This document shows positions 28,776 to 38,930 of a stretch of 64,000 nt of DNA, in pieces. The notes below the pieces were generated by a model, which was not told the DNA's origin, searched no databases, and worked only from the letters and a program-made list of their open reading frames with translations. This stretch comes from Armatimonadia bacterium (GTDB taxonomy: Bacteria; Armatimonadota; Zipacnadia; Zipacnadales; UBA11051): positions 10,955 through 74,954 of the forward strand of contig JBDKRC010000243.1 in assembly GCA_039683575.1 (NCBI GenBank), read 5' to 3'. Made by a program: the position numbers and the translations under genes. The stretch's first letter is position 1. Each line of letters begins with the position of its first letter.

Positions 28776-29780
28776 TCATATCGCCTCCAGGTCCTTATAC
28801 TCAAACACCCCCGACATCGCCCGGCTGGTGGTCGAAAACCCCGCCTCCTCCGCTGCTGCTATGGGGTTCAGCCCCGCGCAGATCACGAACCCCATGCGAT
28901 CCACGCCCACGTCCATCTCGAGCAGCGGACGGCTCTCCGCTCCAATCGCGATCACTCCCTTGAGCCGCCATGCCGCCACAGCGTCTACGAGGCGCATTAC
29001 GTGGTCCCGCGCGAGCGCCGGGCACACCCGGAAGCCGGCCCCGACCTTCCCCCGCCCTGTGCTGATCGCCTGCCCGACCGAACTCGCCTTACCCTTGATG
29101 AAAACCTCCACCGGGTCAATCGAGGTCCCCCCATACCGGATGATGTCAGTAAACCGCACGGGCTCGTAGCCAGCGATTTCCAGGAGGCCCCCAAACTCCG
29201 ACTGCACCGGGATGCCATGGCTGAGCAAGATTCCGTTCAGAGTCACTGCTGACACCGTCCCCAGCCCGATCATCCCCCGCGGGATCACCTGATCCATGAT
29301 CTTCTGCCCCGGGTTGAACACCGCCACGAGATCGCTCGTGGCATAGCGGGACAGAAAGGCCGGCCGCATCACCTTCATGGCCTGGTCAAACTCCGTCTGG
29401 CGAAACAGCGACAGGTTAATGACAATCTTCCCGGCTCCCTGCTCGAGGCTGAACTGCGTCAAGTAGGCCAGGGTCTCGATGCGCGCGAAAGTCAGGGCCA
29501 CCTGGTCCGCCACGCGCGCGTTCGCGAGCTCGGCCTTCCCCGCCTCGGTAAGCTGCCGCCCCGCTCGTCCCAGGTTCTCCGTCATCCCCAGTGCATCGAG
29601 CGCCTGAAGATGGTATCTGATCGCCCTTTCGGTCAGTTCAATGCCATGCGTTTGCAGCGCTCGGGCGATGGTGCTGCCCCCCAGGGGGCCGCCGTGTTCG
29701 CCAAGCACACGAAGTATTGCGAATTCCTTCCGCCCAATTTCCGGCAAGATAGGCCTCCTAAGTGGCTTTTCCACAACCAT
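28776..29780 (-). CDS. NrpR-like transcriptional regulator (winged HTH + DUF128 domain)
   Basis: N-terminal wHTH EIGRKEFAILRVLGEHGGPLGGSTIARAL...IRYHLQALD, followed by a DUF128-like body. Divergent from the gltS-type cluster and adjacent to a GGAA-N6-TTCC site. Confidence 0.55.
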   Translation of the reverse strand: MVVEKPLRRPILPEIGRKEFAILRVLGEHGGPLGGSTIARALQTHGIELTERAIRYHLQALDALGMTENLGRAGRQLTEAGKAELANARVADQVALTFARIETLAYLTQFSLEQGAGKIVINLSLFRQTEFDQAMKVMRPAFLSRYATSDLVAVFNPGQKIMDQVIPRGMIGLGTVSAVTLNGILLSHGIPVQSEFGGLLEIAGYEPVRFTDIIRYGGTSIDPVEVFIKGKASSVGQAISTGRGKVGAGFRVCPALARDHVMRLVDAVAAWRLKGVIAIGAESRPLLEMDVGVDRMGFVICAGLNPIAAAEEAGFSTTSRAMSGVFEYKDLEAI

Positions 29781-29895
29781 TTTTGCCGTATAACCGGAAT
29801 AAGACCAGGAAGCGGCGGCTACCGCAAGCCCGTAACCACGCCACTAATTGCCGCTAAGCTGCTCTTGAAACCGATCTGCAACCCGATTATAGTAC

Positions 29896-29933
29896 GGAAC
29901 CACGCTTCCGGCAATGAGTTTCCTTGCGAGGAA
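29896..29933. promoter_or_regulatory. Candidate NrpR operator: GGAA-N6-TTCC dyad with an adjacent TTCC-N6-GGAA dyad
   Basis: GGAACCACGCTTCC at 29896..29909 and TTCCTTGCGAGGAA at 29920..29933, in the divergent region about 100 bp upstream of both start codons. Confidence 0.4.
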
Positions 29934-30010
29934 GCAGAAACCAGATCCGCATCGCTCGCTACCTGGGCATCGCAACGCGATCGCCCTTCAGCCAAAACAG
30001 GATCACGATC

Positions 30011-31090
30011 ATGCACCGACTGCCAGACTTCAAAATCCCCGCCGCCTGTGGCACTTGCGGGATCCTCGACCGCACCGGCGCCCGCTTTTCCGGCGCGGAA
30101 GTAGTACGCGGCATGGCCAACATGCACGAGCGTGGCAACGGCCTTGGCGCTGGCTACGTCGCCTACGGCATCTACCCGGACCATGCCGAGGACTACTGCC
30201 TGCATATGATGCTCTCGGACGAGGCCTCGCTCGGCCGCGCCCGGGACTACCTGCAGACGGTCACCACCATCAACCACGATGAGCCCATCCCGACCACGCC
30301 GACGCCGACCATCGAGGACGAGCCGGTCCTGTGGCGCTTCTTCGTCCAGCCCCGTGAAGACAAGATCACGGTGGGGACCGAAGAGGACCACATGGTCGCG
30401 GCCATCATGACCATCAATCGCGACGTCGAGGGCGCCTATGTGGCCTCCAGCGGCAAGAACATGGGCATCTTCAAGGGCGTCGGCTACCCCGAGCCTATCG
30501 CCGAGTATTACCGCATCCCCGAGTACCAGGCATATCTCTGGATCTCCCACACCCGCTTCCCGACCAATACCGGCGGCTGGTGGGGAGGAGCCCATCCCTT
30601 CGGTCTGCTGGAGTGGTCAATCGTCCACAACGGCGAGCTCTCCTCCTATGGCGTCAACAAGCGCTATGTGAAGTCCTTCGGCTACGAGTGCACGCTCTTC
30701 ACCGACTCCGAAGTCATCAGCTACATGCTGGACCTGCTTTGCCGCAAGCACGGCCTGAGCATCGAGCAAGCGGCCATGGCCATGGCCCCGCCGGAGTGGG
30801 AGCAGATTGACGTCGAGCCCGATCCGAAGCGTCAGGCGATGCTCCGCGCCATGCGCGAGACCTACACCGGCGCCCTGCTCAACGGGCCGTTCGCCGTCAT
30901 CGCCGGCCATACCAGCGGCATGGTCGGTCTCAGCGACCGCCTCAAGCTCCGCCCGCTGGCGGCAGCCACGAAGGGCAAGAAAGCCTACCTGGCCAGCGAA
31001 GAAGCCGCCATCTGGGCGGCCATCGGCGGCCAGCCCGAGGAATCCTGGGCCATAGACGCTGGCAAGCCCGTCCGCTTTGACCTGGACTAA
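30011..31090 (+). CDS. Glutamine amidotransferase class-II domain protein (archaeal-type glutamate synthase subunit)
   Basis: Ntn-type amidotransferase fold: CGILDR...HTRFPTNTGGWWGGAHPF...IVHNGELSSYG. Confidence 0.75.
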   Translation: MHRLPDFKIPAACGTCGILDRTGARFSGAEVVRGMANMHERGNGLGAGYVAYGIYPDHAEDYCLHMMLSDEASLGRARDYLQTVTTINHDEPIPTTPTPTIEDEPVLWRFFVQPREDKITVGTEEDHMVAAIMTINRDVEGAYVASSGKNMGIFKGVGYPEPIAEYYRIPEYQAYLWISHTRFPTNTGGWWGGAHPFGLLEWSIVHNGELSSYGVNKRYVKSFGYECTLFTDSEVISYMLDLLCRKHGLSIEQAAMAMAPPEWEQIDVEPDPKRQAMLRAMRETYTGALLNGPFAVIAGHTSGMVGLSDRLKLRPLAAATKGKKAYLASEEAAIWAAIGGQPEESWAIDAGKPVRFDLD

Positions 31091-31166
31091 CTAGCACACC
31101 TTCCCATGTACGCCCGACATTCCTGTCGGGGCTCGGGTCCCACCGATCACCTTGGAGGCACACACA

Positions 31167-32672
31167 GTGGCCCTCTCTCTCATAGCCGGAGAATTCATCG
31201 TAAAACGCGACGCCGACCTCTGCATCGAGTGCGGCGTGTGCACGCGCCAGTGCTCCTACGACGCGCAGAAGATCGACCCCGACGATGGCCAGATCAGCAC
31301 CGACTGCAGCAAGTGCGTCGGCTGCCTGCGCTGCGCCACTCTCTGTCCCACCGGCGCCCTGAGCATCACCCAGCGCGAACTCGTTGGCCGTGCGCATCCC
31401 AACTGGACCTTCGAGGCCCAGCGCGCCCTGCGCCGCCAGGCCGAGAGCGGCGGCATGCTGCTCACAGGCATGGGCTCTGACAAGTCCCATCGCAGCTTCT
31501 GGGACAACCTGCTGCTCAACGCCTCCCAGGTCACGAACCCGTCCATCGACCCGCTCCGCGAGCCGATGGAGCTTCGGACCCACCTCGGTGCCAAGCCCGA
31601 CGAGATCGAGTTCGACGCTGACGGCAACCTCGCCACCGAGATGCCGCCACAGCTCGACCTCGCGCTGCCCATCATGTTTTCGGCCATGTCCTATGGCTCG
31701 ATCAGCTACAACACCTGCATCTCGTTGGCCCGCGCGGCTAAGGCCTCCGGCACCTACTTCAACACCGGTGAGGGCGGCTTGCACCGCGACCTCTACCCCT
31801 ACGCGGACCGTGCCATCGTCCAGGTCGCCTCGGGTCGCTTCGGCGTCACCCCCGAATACCTCCAGGCCGGGGCTGCTGTTGAGATCAAGATTGGTCAGGG
31901 CGCCAAGCCCGGCATCGGCGGCCATCTTCCCGGCGAGAAGGTCACCGAAGAGATCTCGGCCACCCGCATGATCCCTGTGGGCACCGACGCCATCTCTCCC
32001 GCACCGCACCATGACATCTACTCCATTGAGGACCTCAAGCAGTTGATCTTTGCCCTCAAGGAAGCCACCAATTACGAAAAGCCCATCTCGGTGAAGATCG
32101 CCGCGGTGAACAACGTTGTCCCGATCGCGTCGGGCGCCGTCCGCGCGGGCGCCGACATCGTCGCCATTGACGGTCTCATGGGCGGCTCCGGCGCCACCCC
32201 CACCGTCATCCGCGACAACGTGGGGATTCCCATCGAGTTCGCCATCGCCGCCGTTGACAGCCGCCTGCGCGCCGAGGGCATCCGCAACCGCGCCTCGCTG
32301 GTAGCCGCCGGTGGCTTCCGCAACAGCGCCGACATCATCAAGGCCATCGCTCTGGGCGCCGACGCCGTCTACATCGGCACTTCGGCCCTCATCGCCCTCG
32401 GCTGCCACATGTGCCAGAAGTGCTACACGGGCAAGTGCACTTGGGGCATCGCCACCCAGGATCCATACCTGACCAAGCGCCTCAACCCCGAAATCGGCAC
32501 CCGCCGCCTGAGGAACCTGCTTCGGGCCTGGGAGCTTGAGATGAAGGAAATGCTGGGCGGCATGGGCATGAACAGCATCGACAGCCTCCGCGGCAATCGC
32601 GAGATGCTCCGCGCCGTGGGCCTGGCCAAAGAGGAAATGGACATCCTGGAAGTAGAACCCGCCGGCCGCTAG
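31167..32672 (+). CDS. Glutamate synthase FMN-binding domain protein with N-terminal 4Fe-4S ferredoxin domain (archaeal-type GltS central domain)
   Basis: CIECGVCTRQC...CVGCLRCATLCP, then the FMN/TIM-barrel region GEGG...KIGQGAKPGIGGHLPG...AVDSRLRAEG...GGFRNSADIIKAIALGADAV. The tracked ORF uses a TTG at 31152; GTG 31167 has GGAGG 8 nt upstream. Confidence 0.85.
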   Translation: MALSLIAGEFIVKRDADLCIECGVCTRQCSYDAQKIDPDDGQISTDCSKCVGCLRCATLCPTGALSITQRELVGRAHPNWTFEAQRALRRQAESGGMLLTGMGSDKSHRSFWDNLLLNASQVTNPSIDPLREPMELRTHLGAKPDEIEFDADGNLATEMPPQLDLALPIMFSAMSYGSISYNTCISLARAAKASGTYFNTGEGGLHRDLYPYADRAIVQVASGRFGVTPEYLQAGAAVEIKIGQGAKPGIGGHLPGEKVTEEISATRMIPVGTDAISPAPHHDIYSIEDLKQLIFALKEATNYEKPISVKIAAVNNVVPIASGAVRAGADIVAIDGLMGGSGATPTVIRDNVGIPIEFAIAAVDSRLRAEGIRNRASLVAAGGFRNSADIIKAIALGADAVYIGTSALIALGCHMCQKCYTGKCTWGIATQDPYLTKRLNPEIGTRRLRNLLRAWELEMKEMLGGMGMNSIDSLRGNREMLRAVGLAKEEMDILEVEPAGR

Positions 32673-32843
32673 CCGCGCCCTCATTGCCTTTGCCGTAGGT
32701 GCGCGGGCGTCCCGCCCGCAGCCGTTATCACCGACCGACCGTCGCCATCGCGACAAACAACAAGACTATCCTGTCTCATCCGCCGCTAATCCTGTCCATC
32801 CTGTATGCCTTGTCTCTCTCTCGCCGTCTCCACGAGGACTAAA

Positions 32844-33278
32844 ATGAAACGCATCTACGCCAAAGAAGAAGTCTGCATCGGCTGCCGCCTCTGCGAAATC
32901 CACTGTATCTTCGAGCACAGCGGCCACCAGACCCTCGTCAAGGCCTTCTCCAACCGTGAGAACCTCCCCGAGGCCGCTGTCCGCGTCGAGGAAGATGGGG
33001 CGATCTCCTTCGCCCTGCAGTGTCGTCACTGTGAGGACGCCCCCTGCCTCGCGGCCTGCATCGGCGGCGCCATGACCCGCGACCCGCAAACGGGCGCGGT
33101 CAAGCATGACGAGGAGAAGTGCGTCGGCTGCTGGAGCTGCATTATGGTCTGCCCCTTCGGCGCCATCCGCACCAACAGCGAGACAGGCAAGGTAGGCAGC
33201 AAGTGCGACCTCTGCGCAGGCAAGGACACGCCCGCCTGCGTAGCCCACTGCCCCAACGAGGCTCTGGTCTACGAATAG
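32844..33278 (+). CDS. 4Fe-4S dicluster ferredoxin-domain protein
   Basis: CIGCRLCEIHC ... CRHCEDAPCLAAC ... CVGCWSCIMVCP ... CDLC...CVAHCP. Confidence 0.75.
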   Translation: MKRIYAKEEVCIGCRLCEIHCIFEHSGHQTLVKAFSNRENLPEAAVRVEEDGAISFALQCRHCEDAPCLAACIGGAMTRDPQTGAVKHDEEKCVGCWSCIMVCPFGAIRTNSETGKVGSKCDLCAGKDTPACVAHCPNEALVYE

Positions 33279-33334
33279 CCGCCGTTTCTGAAGACCCGAT
33301 TCCCAATTCCCGATTTCCGCCTTTGAGGCCCAAA

Positions 33335-34624
33335 ATGCCCGAAAAACGCTACGATTACCTAATCCTCGGCAACTCCACCGCCGCTATCGCCGCCGTCGAG
33401 GCCATCCGCTCGGTTGACCCCACGGGCAGCCTCGCCCTCGTCTCAGACCAGCCCAACCACGTCTACAGCGCCCCGCTGATCACGTACGTGTTGGCCGGTA
33501 AGATCCCCGAGGAGAAGCTCTACCTGCGCCCGCGTGACTTCTACCAGGGGCTCAACGTCGACACGTACTTCGGCGTCGCGGCCACGCAGGTCAAGCGCGA
33601 GGCGCATGAGGTAGTCCTTCAGAGCGGCGCCACGCTCGGCTACGGGAAGCTCCTGCTCGCCACCGGCGGCACCCCCATCGCCCCGCCGCTGCCCGGCGCA
33701 GACCTGCAGGGCGTGTTCACCTTCACCCGCCACGACGACATGTGCCGGGTGCGGGAGTTCATTCAGCAGAAGAAGGTCACTCAGGCCGTCATCATCGGCG
33801 GTGGCATGATCGGCATCAAGGTAGCCGAAGCCTTCGCCGCCCTGAAGCTTGAAACTACCATCGTGGAGCTAATGGACCGCGTGCTGGCCCAGGCGCTGGA
33901 CGAAACCGGCAGCGCCATGGCGAAGCGCGCGCTCGAACAGCACGGCGTCCGCGTCATCACCGGCTCCGGCGTCACCGCCATCGGGGGCACAGACGGCGTC
34001 GTCCAGAGCGTCACGCTCGACAGCGGCTCCCGCCTGCCGGCCCAGCTTGTCATCATGGCTGTCGGCGTCCGCCCCAACGTCGCCCTGGCTCACGAAGCCG
34101 GCCTCACGGTCAACCGCGGCGTGGTGGTCAACGACAACATGCAGACCAATGATCCCGATATCTTCGCCGCCGGCGACGTCGCGGAAGCTTTCGATCCCCT
34201 CCTCGGCGAGTGCCGCCCGATAGCCATCTGGCCCGGCGCCCACATGCAGGGCGAGACGGCGGGCCTGAACATGGCTGGCCAACCAGAAGAGTATGGCGGC
34301 AACATCCCGATGAACTCCATCCAGGTGTGCGGCCTGCCGACGATCTCAGTCGGCCTGATCTCCCCGCCCGAGGGTGCCGAGACGCTCGAATACCGCTCCC
34401 CCGACGGCAAAAGCTACCGCCGCATGTTCATCGTGGATAACCGCATAGTCGGCGCCGTGTTCGTAGGCGACATAGACCGCGCGGGAATCATCACCGGCCT
34501 CATCCGCCAGGCCATAGACGTCAGCAGCTTCAAAGCCAAGCTAATGCAGCGCGACCTCGGCCTCCTGTCACTGCCGAAACACTACCGCAAGCACATAGTA
34601 AGCGGCCCCGGCATCGAGGTCTAG
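33335..34624 (+). CDS. FAD/NAD(P)-binding pyridine nucleotide-disulfide oxidoreductase (putative electron-donor subunit of the GltS-type cluster)
   Basis: DYLILGNSTAAIAAVEAIR, AVIIGGGMIGIKVAEAF, and AAGDVAE. Confidence 0.8.
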   Translation: MPEKRYDYLILGNSTAAIAAVEAIRSVDPTGSLALVSDQPNHVYSAPLITYVLAGKIPEEKLYLRPRDFYQGLNVDTYFGVAATQVKREAHEVVLQSGATLGYGKLLLATGGTPIAPPLPGADLQGVFTFTRHDDMCRVREFIQQKKVTQAVIIGGGMIGIKVAEAFAALKLETTIVELMDRVLAQALDETGSAMAKRALEQHGVRVITGSGVTAIGGTDGVVQSVTLDSGSRLPAQLVIMAVGVRPNVALAHEAGLTVNRGVVVNDNMQTNDPDIFAAGDVAEAFDPLLGECRPIAIWPGAHMQGETAGLNMAGQPEEYGGNIPMNSIQVCGLPTISVGLISPPEGAETLEYRSPDGKSYRRMFIVDNRIVGAVFVGDIDRAGIITGLIRQAIDVSSFKAKLMQRDLGLLSLPKHYRKHIVSGPGIEV

Positions 34625-34795
34625 GGCCCGCGACCCGGCCGCCGGTAGGAGCGCTCCCCCGAGCGCGACCATCACCGACCAACGTTTCGTCGCCGCCGCT
34701 TCCTTGCGAATGCCATCTCTCGCCTTTATCCGACTGTTTTCCGTTTTCTGTTTTCTGTTTTCGCCTTTCCCCACTCCCTTACCAGGTCCACAACC

Positions 34796-35530
34796 ATGAA
34801 AATCGATGCCCAGAACCTCCACTACCGCCAACTCAACGAGCAGATCAAGGCCGCCGTCGCCGCTGGCGAGACCGAATTCGACCTCATCAATGTCTGCGGG
34901 CACCGCTACCTCGGCTCGGGCATCCACACCGAGATCAACGTCCGCATCGACGGCATCCCGGGTAACGATCTCGGTTCCTTCATGAGCGGCCCCCGCCTCT
35001 ACTGCTCCGGCAATGCCCAGGACGGCATCGCCAACACCATGGACGACGGTCTCGTGGTGGTTCCCGGTCATGCAGGCGACGTCATGGGCTATTCCATGCG
35101 CGGCGGGCATGTCTACGTCCGTGGCAACGCCGGCTATCGCATTGGTATCCACATGAAGTCCTATGAGGGCAAAGAGCCGACGGTGATCATCGGTGGCCGC
35201 GTGCGCGACTACTGCGGCGAGTATCTGGCTGGCGGCAAGCTCGTGGTACTGGGCCTCGACCTCCCCGCCGGAGAGCCCATTGTAGGCCGCTACTGCGCCA
35301 CAGGCATGCACGGCGGCACCCTCTACGTGCGCGGCGAAGTCCCCGAGGCTAACGTCCGCCCTGGCATCGCGGTGCAGGAAGTGGGCGAGGAGGACAAGGC
35401 GCTGCTCAAAGACGCGCTGACGCCGTACTGCGCGCAGTTCAAGCTGTCGGTGGATGAGTTGCTGTCGGCGCCGTTCCAGAAGCTGACGGCCACGACGAGC
35501 AGGCCCTTCGGCCAACTCTACGCCTACTAA
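34796..35530 (+). CDS. GXGXG-motif domain protein (glutamate synthase C-terminal alpha-subunit domain / FwdC-like)
   Basis: Repeated beta-helix GxGxG pattern: [53 protein letters not shown]. Confidence 0.8.
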   Translation: MKIDAQNLHYRQLNEQIKAAVAAGETEFDLINVCGHRYLGSGIHTEINVRIDGIPGNDLGSFMSGPRLYCSGNAQDGIANTMDDGLVVVPGHAGDVMGYSMRGGHVYVRGNAGYRIGIHMKSYEGKEPTVIIGGRVRDYCGEYLAGGKLVVLGLDLPAGEPIVGRYCATGMHGGTLYVRGEVPEANVRPGIAVQEVGEEDKALLKDALTPYCAQFKLSVDELLSAPFQKLTATTSRPFGQLYAY

Positions 35531-35666
35531 GCTAATGATTTGCCAAAGGGAGCCCTCCACGCCGGAGGGCTCTCTTCGTTTCCGCCCCTCACCCCCCCGG
35601 AAAGGTCCCGTCCCCGCTCTCGACGAACCAACCCCCTCGCGAACGTCGTCCATACAGGAGAGCCTT

Positions 35667-36950
35667 ATGACCCCTCGCGAACGCTTCCTCGCCATCGCCC
35701 GGCGTCAGCCCGTGGACCGCATGCCCTATCACTTTGGTGGGCCTCGGGCCTCAACGTTTGCCGCCTGGCGCAAGCAGGGCCTGTCTGAGGAGCAGCAGCG
35801 CAACTGGCATGTCTTCACCGGCGCGGAGGGCGGGATGGGCATTGGCAAGCTGTACTGCGGGCCCGTGCCACCGTTTGAGGAGATAGTCTACAAGGAAGAG
35901 GGAAACTACCGCTGGTGGCGCGACCACTGGGGCGTGTACCGCAAGGACGCCATTAACCAGCCCACCGACGGCTTTGTGACGCGTAGCTACCTTGAGCACT
36001 TTGTGAAGGACTGGGAGACCTGGGAGGAGATGCGGTCGCATTTTGACCCGCACTCCCCCGAGCGCACCGGCCCCGGTGGCGATGGCGCGCCCCTGACCGA
36101 CCTCAACCCCAACAAGTACCGCCACGTCGGCGACGGGCCGGGTTGGGAGGCGTACGTCGAGCAGGCGAACTCGAGCGAATATCCGGTGGGCGTGACTGTG
36201 CCCTGCTTGTACTGGACCCTCCGCGACATGTGCGGCTTTGAGGGGCTGTCCATGCTCTTCTACGATCAGCCCAAACTCGTCCATGAGATGATGGAGTTCT
36301 GGACCTGGTTCTTGATCGAGCTACTCGACAAGCCGCTGTCGGCGATCACGGTCGATCATATCATCCTGAACGAGGACATGGCCTACAAGGGCCAGTCCAT
36401 GATCTCTCCAGCGCACATGCGGGAGTTCATGCTGCCGCGCTACAAGCGGCTGTATAGCTTCCTGAAGGACAAGGGCGTCGCGGTGGTGGATATGGACTCT
36501 GACGGGTACAACGGGCAGATTCTGCCGGTAATGTACCCCGAAGCCATCGATGGTATCCAGCCGATTGAGATCGCGGCGGGCAATGACCCTGAGGTCATCC
36601 TGCGCGAGAACCCCGGCATCTACATCCAGGGCGGAATCGACAAGCGCGAACTGCGGTTCGGTAAGGAGCAGGCGCGCGTCGAGATCGCGAAGCGCTACAA
36701 AGTGGCGCGGCAGTATGGCGGGTACATCCCGACCGTAGACCACGGCGTGCCGCCGGACGTGCCGCTGCGGACATTCCTGTACATGGTCGAGCTCATCAAG
36801 GGGTTTGCCAACGGGGAGGATATCGACACGTACGAGCCGCCGTGCGAGCTTGAGCAGCAACTCGGCCCAATCGAGGAGATGTTTGACCCGCACAAGGCCA
36901 TTGCGGCGGCCTATGGACTGGACGACGGACCGGAATCAGAGGTCAGTTAG
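35667..36950 (+). CDS. Uroporphyrinogen decarboxylase (URO-D)-like family protein
   Basis: [21 protein letters not shown], a typical URO-D/MtaA-like N-terminus. RBS ACAGGAG 6 nt upstream. Confidence 0.65.
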   Translation: MTPRERFLAIARRQPVDRMPYHFGGPRASTFAAWRKQGLSEEQQRNWHVFTGAEGGMGIGKLYCGPVPPFEEIVYKEEGNYRWWRDHWGVYRKDAINQPTDGFVTRSYLEHFVKDWETWEEMRSHFDPHSPERTGPGGDGAPLTDLNPNKYRHVGDGPGWEAYVEQANSSEYPVGVTVPCLYWTLRDMCGFEGLSMLFYDQPKLVHEMMEFWTWFLIELLDKPLSAITVDHIILNEDMAYKGQSMISPAHMREFMLPRYKRLYSFLKDKGVAVVDMDSDGYNGQILPVMYPEAIDGIQPIEIAAGNDPEVILRENPGIYIQGGIDKRELRFGKEQARVEIAKRYKVARQYGGYIPTVDHGVPPDVPLRTFLYMVELIKGFANGEDIDTYEPPCELEQQLGPIEEMFDPHKAIAAAYGLDDGPESEVS

Positions 36951-36992
36951 CAGTTGTCAGTAGTCAGCCAGAGGCAGCGAGGAGTGATGGTG

Positions 36993-37505
36993 ATGAAGGT
37001 ACGACTGATCGTCTTGCTGGCAGCGGTGACCTGTGGCGCGATGGCTCTCGCCGGGCCGATCAAGGTGCCACAGAAGGGGTTCACGACCTACAAGGGTGCC
37101 TGGTTTGACATCAAGTACCCGATTGGCTTCAAGGTTGTGCCCCGCGAGACCTCCCAGGACGATGCCGAGGGGCGCAGCAACTGCCTCGGCGTCAGCTTCG
37201 TCTCTCCGGACGGCCTGGTGGAGTTCTATGTCTATTCGCCACTATGGAATGGCACCTCCCAGTGGATTCAGCGCCGCGAGGGCGAGAAGCAGACGGGCTA
37301 CAGCCGGCAGCGCTCTGGGCAGACCGCGATTACCTATGTGACCAGGAAGGGTTCGGGCTACTCACGGTCCTACGCGGACTACGAGAACTCCACCCTGAAC
37401 ACGCGCAAGATATTCGGCTACAAGTACGCCTCAGATGCCGCCTATAGGGCCTACAAGCCGCTGTACCTGAAGTTCAAGGGCTCGCTGATACAGTACGCGG
37501 ACTAG
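36993..37505 (+). CDS. Small secreted hypothetical protein
   Basis: GAGGAG 8 nt upstream of the ATG; signal peptide MKVRLIVLLAAVTCGAMALAG. Confidence 0.5.
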   Translation: MKVRLIVLLAAVTCGAMALAGPIKVPQKGFTTYKGAWFDIKYPIGFKVVPRETSQDDAEGRSNCLGVSFVSPDGLVEFYVYSPLWNGTSQWIQRREGEKQTGYSRQRSGQTAITYVTRKGSGYSRSYADYENSTLNTRKIFGYKYASDAAYRAYKPLYLKFKGSLIQYAD

Positions 37506-37525
37506 ATCGCGACGAGGGAGTATCT

Positions 37526-38839
37526 ATGCATTTTGGCTTGTTTGGCCGGCTGGTCCCAATAGGGCTGCTGTGTATTGTTGCACTGACCGGAGTTCAGGCG
37601 GAGGACTGGCCCGAGATCTACGGCAAGGGCCGCACCGGCGTCTGGAACGAGCAGAACATCCTGCGGCAGTTCCCCGCCGAGGGCCTGAAGATCAGTTGGC
37701 GCGCCCCCATCGGCCCCGGTTACAGTGGTCCAGCGGTCGCTGGCGGCAAAGTATTCATCACCGACTATCAGAAGCGCGAGGGTGGCGGCGCTGAGCGCGT
37801 CATTTGCCTCGACGAGCAGACGGGGACGACGCTCTGGACGTACGAGAACCCGGCCGCGAACTACGGTAAGTTCGCCTACAACAGCGGTCCTCGCTCCACT
37901 CCGACGGTGGACGGTGACCGGGTGTATGTGCTAGGGGCCGCGGGGGACCTCTACTGCCTCGGCACCACCGACGGCGCCCTGAGGTGGAAGCTGAACCTCC
38001 CGGGGAAATACCAGGCGAAGATCCCCTCGTGGGGCTATGCCGCCTCCCCGCTTGTCTACGGCGACCTCCTCATCACCCCCGCCGGCGGGGCGAACGGCCG
38101 GTTGGTCGGGCTCAACAAGCTGACTGGCGAAGAGGTCTGGCGCGCGCTACCTGTTCTTAGCGACCTTGCCTATACCTCCCCTATCACCGTCAGGGCCGGA
38201 GGCGTGGACCAACTCATCTACTGGGTACCCGGAGAGGTAGCCTCGCTCGACCCGCAGACGGGGAAAGTCTACTGGCAGGTACCTTTTGAGGGCGTCAACG
38301 GATGCGCCACCCCCACTTTAGATGCCGACAGGCTGATTGTCACCAACTTCTTCAAGGGCAGCGCGCTGATCAAGCTGGCCGGTGACAAGCCGGGGGCCAA
38401 ACTGGTCTGGAAGGGCAACGGCGAGAACGAGAACAAGACCGAGGGCTTGCATGGCCTCATGTGCCGTCCGGTCCTGAAGGGGGACTACCTCTACGGCATT
38501 TGTAGCTATGGCCAGTTCCGCTGCCTGAAGGCCGCAACCGGCGAACGGGTGTGGGAGTCAATCGAGCCCACGCGCGAAAACAAGCGCTGGGCGAACGCTT
38601 TCATCGTCCGCAATGGTGACCTGTATCTCCTGAACAACGACCGCGGCGAGCTGATTCTCGCCGACCTGCAGCCTGATGGCTACCACGAGGTAAGCCGCAC
38701 GAAACTCCTCAACCCCACCAGCGGCGGCGCCGGCACGCGCGAACTGGGCAAAGTCAACTGGGTCATTCCAGCCTATGCCAACGGTCACATCGTCATCCGC
38801 AATGATGAGGAGATAATCCGGGCGTCACTCACGAAGTAA
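37526..38839 (+). CDS. Secreted PQQ-like beta-propeller repeat protein (BamB-like)
   Basis: Signal peptide. Repeated ...G.V...D...G...W motifs: GKVFITDYQ, LDEQTGTTLW, GDLYCLGTTDGALRW, LNKLTGEEVW, LDPQTGKVYW, ATGERVW. Confidence 0.7.
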   Translation: MHFGLFGRLVPIGLLCIVALTGVQAEDWPEIYGKGRTGVWNEQNILRQFPAEGLKISWRAPIGPGYSGPAVAGGKVFITDYQKREGGGAERVICLDEQTGTTLWTYENPAANYGKFAYNSGPRSTPTVDGDRVYVLGAAGDLYCLGTTDGALRWKLNLPGKYQAKIPSWGYAASPLVYGDLLITPAGGANGRLVGLNKLTGEEVWRALPVLSDLAYTSPITVRAGGVDQLIYWVPGEVASLDPQTGKVYWQVPFEGVNGCATPTLDADRLIVTNFFKGSALIKLAGDKPGAKLVWKGNGENENKTEGLHGLMCRPVLKGDYLYGICSYGQFRCLKAATGERVWESIEPTRENKRWANAFIVRNGDLYLLNNDRGELILADLQPDGYHEVSRTKLLNPTSGGAGTRELGKVNWVIPAYANGHIVIRNDEEIIRASLTK

Positions 38840-38878
38840 AGGCCGCGCGCCCGCAATGATGAGGCAGCAAAAAAGGCT

Positions 38879-38912
38879 CTCACCACTCGGCGAGAGCCTT
38901 TTCGCTAGGTCG
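38879..38912. terminator. Bidirectional intrinsic terminator between convergent genes
   Basis: AAAAAA-GGCTCTC-(loop ACCACTCGGC)-GAGAGCC-TTTT. Confidence 0.55.
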
Positions 38913-38930
38913 CGGATAGAGCAGAGGAGA

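Noticed and set aside
30942-32756. 604-aa ORF on the minus strand
   Set aside because: It is antisense to the confidently identified glutamate synthase FMN-domain gene. Its Ala/Gly/Arg/Asp-rich, low-complexity translation is typical of spurious antisense ORFs in high-GC DNA.
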